DNA of 64,000 bases, from contig JBLDXI010000019.1 of assembly GCA_047495785.1 (NCBI GenBank), forward strand, positions 2,728,001 through 2,792,000, read 5' to 3'. This DNA is from Lepidodermella squamata (lineage: Eukaryota; Animalia; Gastrotricha). The stretch's first letter is position 1; each line of letters begins with the position of its first letter. Of the stretch, positions 26,301 through 36,343 are shown piece after piece. Under the pieces are notes generated by a model. The model made no database searches. It was not told the origin of the DNA and saw only the letters and a list, made by a program, of their open reading frames with translations. The position numbers and the translations under genes are program-made.

Positions 26301-27926
26301 ATTGATTCTTCATTAACGAAGTGACGAAACTAAAACACTACCAAAAACTCAAACCAAAAACGAAGTGTCCTTACCTACGGCTCACCAGCCTGGTATTGTC
26401 TACCCAAGTCTTCCGAGCTACGTCTGTTCGGCTTCCAGGCCCACGGCTTGAAAGCTGCATTGGATCTGCCTATCGAGTGCGACCCTTTCGGTGTTGTCGT
26501 CGAAGCTGGCGTGGAAGCAATCAGCGACGTATTTAAGCATCAACTGATGCGGTACGCCATCAGGTGCCTCAACGCAAATAACGGGATGAAGGATTATATA
26601 TCCTACGTTGCCAGCTTCCAGCCTGACGCCTTCGGCCTCCGAATGCTGGAGAAGCACTGTCCAGCATGGCATTTGCGTGACTGCATTAGTGCCCCGGCTA
26701 AGCCCTGCCGCCTCATCACCGACATTTTCCCTAAAAGCTAATGTGAGCCTGTGGTTTCCTGGATTCCTTTAGGTGCCCTTGCGATCCTCGCCCTTCTGAG
26801 CCCCTCTCGAGCCAGCCCGATTAATATGTAAGCTTACCGTTTAATGAATTGATCTCTGCCTTGCCTTACAGAGCCCTGAGCCTGAGTCTGAGTCGTCATG
26901 AGCCTTACCTTGAGCCTTGAGCCTTTCGGAACCTGAGCCTTGTCTGATGAGCTGGAATAGCCCTGCCTGTAAGCCCTTAATTATTGCCTTTAACCACCTT
27001 CGATAATTTTCAGCCCTACTCAATTTGCGCAACGAGCCCGAACCCTCGATCGACTTTTCTACCTTTCTACAAAAACGCACAAAAAGCCAACAAAAATCGA
27101 CAAAAACTAAAATACAAAAATAAAATAATAACATAAAACTCGAAATTATGAACTGCCTATGATAATGTTCAATTTATAAATGCTACGAGCCCTAGATAGC
27201 ATGGGGGCAATATATTTTCATGCTCTAATGTCATTCATATGTGCCTATAGCGCCGGCCGGCGGAGGGCCTATATAAATAAAACTATGACATGCTAATGTT
27301 TTGATCACATGCTTTGGTCACGTGGGCACGTGTGACCTTTGACCTGCAAAACAGAAGTATATATGCTAGTGGTTGCTAGCAAAAATTTGAGTCCATGCGC
27401 CGCAAGTCGCTAATTGGGCCACTATAAAGCGTCACTTCCTAAAGTAACTTTTTGTTTCCCCCGCGCACCAGTTTCGGTAATGCTATAGGAAATGGGTTGA
27501 AATAATTTCCGAAACTAATAGTTTCTGGTGACTTTGCTAGCCTTAGATCGTATAAAAGCAAGTGTAATCGATAATGCTTCGTGCCGTAGATCATAAAAAA
27601 GACAGCTCCAGACAGACCTGTGGGGCGTATATTTTTTTTCGTTCTCCACTCTGTCCAAAATGAACTTTTTTCTCTACCTTGTAACTGTGTAAACAAAATT
27701 GTGTGCTATAACTCTTCATGCGATGCATTTCGTTTCCGTAATATGCAGGCATGATTCGTGCATCATACGTTCATTCATGTTTGATTAACGAAGTAACAAT
27801 GATCGATTTCTAATTTATAATGTGTTATTATTCGTTCTCCGCCTGCGCTCGGCAGGGACAAAACTGGGATTGCTCATCGTGCCGTTGTATTGTCTGATGA
27901 ATGGAAACAAATTTTCACAGCTCGCC

Positions 27927-29087
27927 ATGCTCCTTGTTGTAATTTTCGTAATTTTCCAAGCCGCATTAACAACCGCAGCTGATGTGGATATTTGGGATTT
28001 CAAACCAACGGAAACAATCCTCGCTAACTGTAGGATAGGACCCACTGTCAACTCGCCAACTGATTTGGAAGGAAAGCCAACAGTAGTCACTATCTCAATG
28101 CAACCAAAGAAATTCGTGGGAATTGATGACGTTGCTGAGACGATCACAATCGATGGTGCAATAGTGATTCAATGGGAATCAACTTGTATTCAAGATCTAT
28201 ATCGAAACATTTCCAGATCTGGCAACGTACAGTGGCCGGCTAGAATCAAGGAGCTAATCAAAGAGGACCCGGGTCTATATTGGTGGCCCAGGGTCAATGC
28301 CATCAATTCACTCGCAAAATCTGATATGTCTGAAGATTTCGTGAAAGTTTTGAAGGTATTCCCTGCCGAGCGTGGAATAGTATCCGAATCTATCAGCGGA
28401 AAATTTTCATCTTATTGCAATATCGATGTTAGTCACTTTCCCTTCGACGAACAACACTGCGAATTCATATTCGAAGTCACGCAGAGTGATGAATATGCAT
28501 TCATAGCTAAAGCTGAATTCCTTCCTTATAACTTTTATTTCATGCCGCTCAATGCTGGTTGGGAGCATGATGTGTCTTGGCGATCAACCTATCATGGCCT
28601 TTTTTCTTCTGAGAGACGTGGAATTAATTACTCAGAGGCAATATTCAGGTTCAAGTTTAAACGTAAGCCTGACTACTACTTGACTAGTCTTTACGCGCCG
28701 AGTTTGATCCTCAGCTTCTTGATACTTTCTTCGTTCCTCATCCCCGCTGAGGCGCCGGACAGACCAGCATTCGCCTGCACTGTAATGCTATCGATTTTCG
28801 TCCTACAAGACAACGTTCAGAACAACCTGCCTAAAACACCAAGACCAGTCATTGTAGCAACTTTCAGCTTGAGCCAAACGGTACTAGCAACATTGTGCGT
28901 GGCATATGCAGCTGCGATGTGTGGTTTCATTGCATCGCGGCCTGAAATTGCTGGGAAGGAGTTGAAACTTCGATTTTTCAAGCGGCCTGTCAAATTATAC
29001 TTTCTTATCGACCGTGTTGCCTTGATCGCTGCATTCACTGCTTACATCATTTCAAATCTCACCGCTTTTATTTGTCTCAACAGATAG
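27927..29087 (+). CDS. Intronless Cys-loop channel, family B4
   Basis: ATG 27927 begins a signal peptide; CNIDVSHFPFDEQHC; same TM block. Confidence 0.9.
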   Translation: MLLVVIFVIFQAALTTAADVDIWDFKPTETILANCRIGPTVNSPTDLEGKPTVVTISMQPKKFVGIDDVAETITIDGAIVIQWESTCIQDLYRNISRSGNVQWPARIKELIKEDPGLYWWPRVNAINSLAKSDMSEDFVKVLKVFPAERGIVSESISGKFSSYCNIDVSHFPFDEQHCEFIFEVTQSDEYAFIAKAEFLPYNFYFMPLNAGWEHDVSWRSTYHGLFSSERRGINYSEAIFRFKFKRKPDYYLTSLYAPSLILSFLILSSFLIPAEAPDRPAFACTVMLSIFVLQDNVQNNLPKTPRPVIVATFSLSQTVLATLCVAYAAAMCGFIASRPEIAGKELKLRFFKRPVKLYFLIDRVALIAAFTAYIISNLTAFICLNR

Positions 29088-29133
29088 CTTTTATTGCCAG
29101 AATGTCGATTTTTACCGGATGTGTGCAATATAT

Positions 29134-30647
29134 CTACCAACTATTCATCATTATCGTGAAATAAATTGCGTCAGCTATGATGACGACAAAGCTTATCGTC
29201 ACTCCCATCACCACGTCGACATAACGCAGGAAGTGGAACTTGATTCGCCTGGAGAATACAGTTATCGACCTGTTCCTTTTCGAAATGACAGCCAACGATA
29301 CTGCCATAGACATGTATATCGTCAGAATTATTCCACTCAAGTATTTGATTATTATCATAGAAACCAGGTAGACTGTTTCCGAGGTCCTGGGAATGCCGGC
29401 GAAAACCAGGGCTAGCAGGACTGAATTGGCCAATACAGTAGTCATTGCAAACATAGATCTAATAGAAAGGGCACATTACATACAAATTCAGTGAGTTTAA
29501 TCTCAACTACCCGCTCTAAACTCTAAACCCAAACCCCAAATGGCCCAAATACCCTTCAAGCCACAATAGTAATCGAAATACAAACCATAGCTCGGATTTC
29601 TTAGCTAACCGTAGCTGTAGAACTATAGCTAAGCCGTAGTACTAGGTGTTTATCATTAGTTTTTATTGACTCAGCCCTCAGCCTCAGTATCTACTCAGAT
29701 TAACATTTAAACTGATAATTTTTAGGAATTTACCTGTCAGAGTTCCCCGGAGGCATGGTTAAGCAAACCAGTTGGAGAATGAATGTGCCATATGTCGGCA
29801 CTAGTACGCTTGACACATAGTAGTGAGTTTTCCGCTTGAATGACAGTCGTAAGTAGACATAGGAATACATGTTGGTTGATTCGTTCACGTGAACGATTTC
29901 GCCGCTGAAAGCTTCGTGTTCCAAACCATCCATCTCCCAGATGTCAGCATCGTCCAGAAAGGAGTTGCCAACCGACTGATCGACATGGAAGTAGAGTAGG
30001 CGAAAATCCAGATGGCTCAACGGCTCCTCAGTAGAAAGGATGATCACACACTTCAATTTATCGAAAGGGAACACTTTGAAGTTGAACGAATCACACATCG
30101 TGTCGATTCTTCGATATAGCCCGATGAAACCAACTGGTCCTTTCCTCTCCCAGCCAAATGGGTAAACCATAATGTAATCACCAGCTTCGGACACCTCAAG
30201 AGGCCTCGGATCTTGAAATGCGTTGTAATGAATGAAAGATGGGTGCCACGTTGTCCTGGCAGGAATTTTGAAATGAAACTCATCTCTATTTTTGACATTC
30301 ATATTCCCGCAAATCGGATTGAGAGTGGAATTGAGCATGTAAAATTCGTCGCAACTCCGAAGGATCGAGCATGGATATTGCCAGCGGAAGGTGAAGTAGA
30401 TGAAAGCTGAAAGACGACGGTCGATGTCGTCAATCTCAATGAAGCGAAATAACAGAGAAGTTACATTGACGACAAGTGGGTTTTGAAAATCATTTGAAGC
30501 TAAAAATTCGCTCGGTAAGCTGTTCGAAAGAATAACCGGGCACCATTCCAAAAATGCCTCTTGAAATACTTCGAGATGAGCTGGGTTTTTGACAGCATTA
30601 ATAGGGCACAGGCTGGTGAGGAATATAAGTGTGTATACTAGGCTCAT
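29134..30647 (-). CDS. Cys-loop channel family A8 (exons 30647-29734, 29458-29134)
   Basis: CDSFNFKVFPFDKLKC; PPGNSDR|SMFAMTTVLANS; 275-nt intron. Confidence 0.88.
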
Positions 30648-30769
30648 GCTAACACTAATGTGAGCAATTGAGCTTTAATTAAGCTCATACGTGTATTCGC
30701 TTGACTTTATTCAACGAGCTTTCTTGAAATCCTAACATTCAACAGAAATTATATTGTCGATTTGATTAT

Positions 30770-32057
30770 CTAGGCATTTTTCATTAGGCTGAAATAAACT
30801 ATATCAACAACAATGACTACTATGCTGAGAGCAACTCCGATGCTGATATCCGAGATGCGGAGGACGTTAAATTCAGCTATGCGGTTGCAAATTTTCAATT
30901 GACGACGATCTTTTTTATAGCGTGAGACTGAAACAGCTATGCACATGTAGATTGTCAGTAGGATACCACTTATGTACTTGACAACAATCATGGTGACCAG
31001 GTATACTGTTTCTGAGGTTCGAGGGATGCCAGCGAAAACAAGGGCAAGAAGGACGGAATTTGCCAGTACAGAAGTCATCGCGAACATCGCCCTAATGGAA
31101 ACTAGGACTCAAAATCCGATATATAAATGATACCATTTCAAACCTGTCTGAATTTCCCGGAGGCATAGCAAAGCAAGCTAGTTGAAGTATGAAATTCCCA
31201 TAGGTTGGCACGAGAATGCTTGAAACGTAGTAATGATTCTTCCGCTTGAAAGCTACCTTCAAATGCATATAAGCGTAGACAGCAGTTGATTCATTAACAT
31301 GAGTAACTTGGCTCTTCAAAGCGTCTTCCAGCGACCCGTCGATCTGCCAAATATCGCTAGAATCTATAAAATTATCCCTGACAGATCGATCAACCTGAAA
31401 GGCGAGAATGTGAAAGTCCAAATGGCTAAGTGGCTCCTCAGTCGAAAGCACGATTTCGCAGTTCAACTTGTCAAAAGGGAAGATTTTTAAATTGAAAGAA
31501 CCGCAAATTGTATCGATCCTTCTATATAGACCCAAAAACGCTGTTGGACCGGATCCTGACCAGCCGTATGGGTATATCATCACATCATCTCGCCCTCCAC
31601 TGACTTCAAGAGGCTTTGAGTTTTCGAAAGCGTTGTAGTGTGTTAAAGAAGGGTACCAAGTTGATTCCGCCGGAATCTGGAAGTGAAAGTCGTCGATATC
31701 GCTGGAACTCCTCGCTCTGCATATTGAGTTGGTCGAAGCATTTTCGAGCGCAATTTGATCGCAGTTACCCAGGCTTTCACACGGATAATTCCATTGAAAA
31801 GTGAAGTATAGGAATGCTGAAAACCGCTTGTCCAGATCATTGATCTCGATAAATCGAAATAGCAATACGGTTACGTTGACTTCATGAGGCCTTTGGAAGT
31901 CGCTTAGAGCATGAACTTCTCCAGGTAAGCTATTCGAGTTGATAACAGGGCACCATTTCAGAAGTGCTTCCTTGAATTCACTGAGAATTGCTTGATTCCG
32001 ACTTTGAGCTTGGCAAATGATGAGGAGAAGAAATTGAATTATTTTCAACAACTGCAT
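30770..32057 (-). CDS. Cys-loop channel family A9 (exons 32057-31144, 31091-30770)
   Basis: CGSFNLKIFPFDKLNC; 52-nt intron; M2 AMFAMTSVLANS. Confidence 0.88.
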
Positions 32058-32208
32058 CTCCAAATCTGGTCAAGCACAGAACGTGACTTTGATGGATATA
32101 AGTAAGACAATAGCGTGCATAATCAAGTGCCCCAAGGCTACAATTCCTGTTTTTTTTGTAGGGAAATTAGCCTACATTTTTTTCATGCCACATACCACGA
32201 TTTATTAT

Positions 32209-33592
32209 TCACAGCCAGGAAATAACAGGAAATGTGCCTATCATGAGACAGAAGTGTGTAACGTCAACCACGATCACTACGACGCTCAGGGAAACACCGA
32301 TTGCAACATCGGAAAAGCGTAGGACGTTGAATTCAGCATGCCGCGAGCAGATTGTCATGTGGCGGCGTTCGCGTTTGTAATGCGATATCGAAACAGCTAT
32401 ACACATGTATATTGTTAGCAGAATTCCGCAAATGTATTTCGCGACAATGGTTGAGACCAGGTAGACCGTATCGGAAGTTCGTGGAATGCCAGCGAATACC
32501 AAGGTTAGCAGCACTGAGTTGGCTAAAACGGCCGTTATTGCAAACATAGACCTGAAAATAAAACAAAATTAGAGAATTTGAAAGCGAATCCCTTATTAAG
32601 TAATACAGATCCATTTATGTTTAAACATTTCTTTGTAAACATGAACAAGGCTTTTTTAATACGAACCTGTCAGAATTTCCTGGCGGCATGGTCAAGCACG
32701 CCAATTGCAGAATGAATGTCCCATAAGTCGGTACCAGAATGCTTGGGACGTAGTAATTATTCTTCCGTTTGAAGGCCAATTTTAGGTGAATATAGGCGTA
32801 AACAGCCGTCGACTCATTAACATGTGTGACTTGGCTTTGCAAAGCTTCCTCTAAGGTACCATCAATCTGCCAGATGTCACTAGGGTCTATGAAGCTGTCT
32901 CTAACCGATCGATCGACATGGAACCCCAGTATCTTGAAGTCCAAGTGAGTGACCGGTTCCTCCGTTGTCAGAACAATGTCACATGCCAATCTATCGAAAG
33001 GAAAAGCCTTCAAGTTGAACGAATCACAAATTGTATCAATCCTCCGATACAGGCCTAGAAACGCCTTCGGTCTCGACCCTGACCAGCCAAAAGGGTATAT
33101 TTTGATATCGTCCCGCCCCACGTCTGTGTCTAATGGTTTTGGGTTTTCAAACGCGTTGTTATGCGTGAAGGACGGGTGCCAAATGGATTGAGCTGGCAGC
33201 TGGAAATGGATGTCTTCGATGCGGTTCAATTTTGGCACGTTGCAAATCGAATTAGCCGTCGCGTTTTGAATGTCCAACTGCTCGCACTGATTCAAAGTCA
33301 TGCAAGGATATTGCCATCGAAAAGTGAAGTAAAGGAAAACTGATAGACGCTTCTCTAAATCGTTGATTTCGATGAAGCGGAACATGAAGACTGTAATTTT
33401 GACATGAAGCGGGCTCTTGAAGTCGTTTAGCGCGTGAACTTCGCCCGGCAAGCTGTTCGACAGCACAACTGGGCACCATTTCAGAAATGCGTCCCGAAAT
33501 TCACTCAGTAGAGCGTGATTTTCGAGATAGTCCTTGGCGTGATATCCATGAAAAAGCACGAAAAAAACAGCAAGCGATGCAAAACTGTTCAT
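32209..33592 (-). CDS. Cys-loop channel family A10 (exons 33592-32667, 32551-32209)
   Basis: CDSFNLKAFPFDRLAC; 115-nt intron; M2 SMFAITAVLANS. Confidence 0.88.
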
Positions 33593-34030
33593 TGTTATAC
33601 GATGTGTAACAAGTTACAACAAACGCGAGCTCATTAGATGATAAACAACGTAATTAGCACTTCTTTTATCTTGTCTTCCGTCTCTGGTCATTGTGAGTGC
33701 GCGCGTACTTAACGGATTGAGAGACTCTTGTCTAAATGTCACGCGACAAGCTGAGACTGTGATGAATAGAATTGCTACTCAGAAACACTGATAGCCACTT
33801 TAATCACAAGAACTATTTCACAGTCCCACCAGATAGTAATATTTGAATTTCGGGAATGTAGTGAGTGCGTGAGAACTTGGTCCTAATCCCCTGATTCAAA
33901 GAGAGTCAGAGGTGAGCAGCCAAATTCTACGACGAGTTCTGATGAAAATTGCCAGGTGTTTCCTACGACAGTTATTTTACAGTAGTTTATCCTTCGTAAT
34001 TATGTACAAATAACATCTTTACTTAGATTT

Positions 34031-35274
34031 TTACTGGGCTTGTTCCAACAGAAGCTTAAAATAAGCGTAGTCGGCAATAATAACACAAGCTACAACACAA
34101 GAAGCGATGAAAATGTCGAAAAATCGCAGAACCCTGCAATGAATCTTGCCGCGACAAAAGCGCAGTCTTCGATTGAGCTTCTCGGTCTGCGGGGCTACTT
34201 CGACAGCCAGAGCGTTGTAGATGGTTACAGCAAGACCGCAGATGTACTTGACAACGAGCATTACCAGCAGATAGCTTAACTCTGAGCCATGCGGCATTAT
34301 CTGGTAAACGAATGCTATGAGGACGGTGTAAGCAAGGACTGCTACCATGGCGACGGTCATCCTAGATAAAATGAGCATAAAATCATCATTCATCTTGTAT
34401 GATAGTTAACCAACCTATCAGGTAGCTTGGGCGGCATTATTAGGGAGGCTAATTGGATTAACAGTAACCCATAGGCAGGGACCAAAATTGCTGTCAAAAT
34501 GTTCTCGGACCTCCTCTCGAAGCACATCTGCAATGAATTTCCTCCGTTCGCTACTGTGAAATTGAGCCTCTGATCGCGACATCTGGCCCAAGCAGAATCT
34601 CCATAGCCTTGAATTTGTTCTCGAGTTATAATATTGATATTAAAATCGATCAGCTTCGGTAAATCCCCTCCTGAAATATCGATCGGGCAACTGAGGCGAT
34701 CGAATGGGAAGCGATTTTTGTTGTAAGATCTGCATCTAACTCGTGATTTCCTGAAAAGTGTCATCTCACCGTACATACTATTGTCCCCTGGTTGGCTTTG
34801 AAACGGGAAAATTCTGACGTTTTGCGGCGAATAAACTTCACTAGATGGTATTACAACTGGTTGCCATGTTGGAATTTGAAACTGCAGGATTTCTCGTATT
34901 TTCGGGAAGACGGAACACAAGTTCGAATTTGAACCCAATAAATCACAATTTCGTAGTGCCGGGCATGGGTAATTCCAGTTGGCAAGGTAACGAGAGAAAA
35001 TCGTCAGTTCATTTCTCGACTCGTCGAAATCGTCAAAAGAAAGTAACTGAACTGATAAATTCACGGTAAGTTTGAACGAGAAGTTGTTGCGGACCGCGAA
35101 TTCAAGAGGAAGATCTGGGGAAATAATAGGCGGGCACAATTTTAGGACAACTTCTTGCATCTCCGCCAGGAAAAGAGTTGAATCTGTTGCATTGTTACCA
35201 AAAGCAGACCTCGTCTTCTGAGAGAATGAAGACGGGATGAGAAAAATCGAGATCAGAAGGTAAACAGAATTCAT
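34031..35274 (-). CDS. Most divergent Cys-loop channel, family A11 (exons 35274-34415, 34361-34031)
   Basis: CRSYNKNRFPFDRLSC, NYPCP insert, PPKLPDR with the same intron position, then M2-M4. Confidence 0.8.
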
Positions 35275-35401
35275 TATGAAAAAATAGGCAAAGAGGCATC
35301 ATAATGAGCTGGGCTTTTATTTCATTTACCGATGTCACGCAATTTACGAGCGCATCAAAGTGAGTCAAAACATTGCAATGCATTACGAATAGACATAATT
35401 T

Positions 35402-35914
35402 CTATTTTTGCGTAATGAGCAGTAGTAATCTATCTGTTTTAGGAATGGGTCTTATTCTAGTCGACGTCCTATAGCCGAAGTACTTTCTCGGTCTCGTGCG
35501 GTTTGTCGGCCTAGAATGGGCCCCGATATGACCCCAGCAGATCGGAGCCATGACTGCCGTTGAGTAGAGGCAATGCTTCTCCCGCGACCTGATGCGACGC
35601 TTGGCCAGCTCTCGAATTTTGAACCGTTCAATCATTTTCTGGTCATCCGAGTCCGTGTACATGAGGAATGTTTCGTTGAAGAGTGACTCAAATGCCTCGT
35701 CGAACAAACCCCCGTGTTCAGTTAGGAAACAGTCATGTTTGCAAGTTCGCATATATTTTGTCAGAAGCCATGCCAAAGTTATCAAAACCAGGCATACTAC
35801 TCCGAAAATTGTTGCTCGAATTCCAGGCAGAAACCGATGAACATCAAGAAATTTCTGTCGTATGGCGGACGGAGTTCCAACCATGACGGGTTTCGTAGTC
35901 TTGCGCCGAAACAT
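35402..35914 (-). CDS. Hypothetical single-pass (type II) membrane protein
   Basis: 170-aa ATG ORF with one hydrophobic segment (ATIFGVVCLVLITLAWLL); no recognised family. Confidence 0.45.
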   Translation of the reverse strand: MFRRKTTKPVMVGTPSAIRQKFLDVHRFLPGIRATIFGVVCLVLITLAWLLTKYMRTCKHDCFLTEHGGLFDEAFESLFNETFLMYTDSDDQKMIERFKIRELAKRRIRSREKHCLYSTAVMAPICWGHIGAHSRPTNRTRPRKYFGYRTSTRIRPIPKTDRLLLLITQK

Positions 35915-36343
35915 TGTTGTAGGCTGATGAGAACCAATCGATTTACTTGAGGGTCCTTAGGACATATCTAAGATTTTTTGCACTAGTGAGACTTCTGGTT
36001 TTGTTGCCACACTTCTTTCGGCTCTCTTGGGACTCAGTTTATCAATCTGGGCAAAATGTTGCCCAAATTAGGAGTTGCTGCGCATGTTTACGATCGATAA
36101 TCGCATATACTCAAGTTCATATAGCAACTGTTGCTAAGATACAGTTTGACCGCGACTAATGACTGTCACATTACAATTTATTAAAGATATGGCGACGAAA
36201 TGACAAGGCAAAACGTGAAAACACAAGTTTGTGAAACAAAGCAATCAAAACTCGTTATAAATAACCGGCAAATTATAATGCACTTACATTCACTATTATG
36301 GGCAATAATTGATTTACTAAAGCACAACTAAGATCGTTACATT

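Noticed and set aside
854-34393. The ~100-aa minus-strand 'MTTVLANS' ORFs as separate small membrane proteins, and upstream ORFs as soluble AChBP-like proteins
   Set aside because: Each pair is joined by a conserved phase-2 GT-AG intron into one full four-TM channel.
35402-35914. Cathepsin propeptide (I29/ERFNIN) domain
   Set aside because: Only partial resemblance (ERFKI); key Phe/Asn residues and the protease domain are absent.
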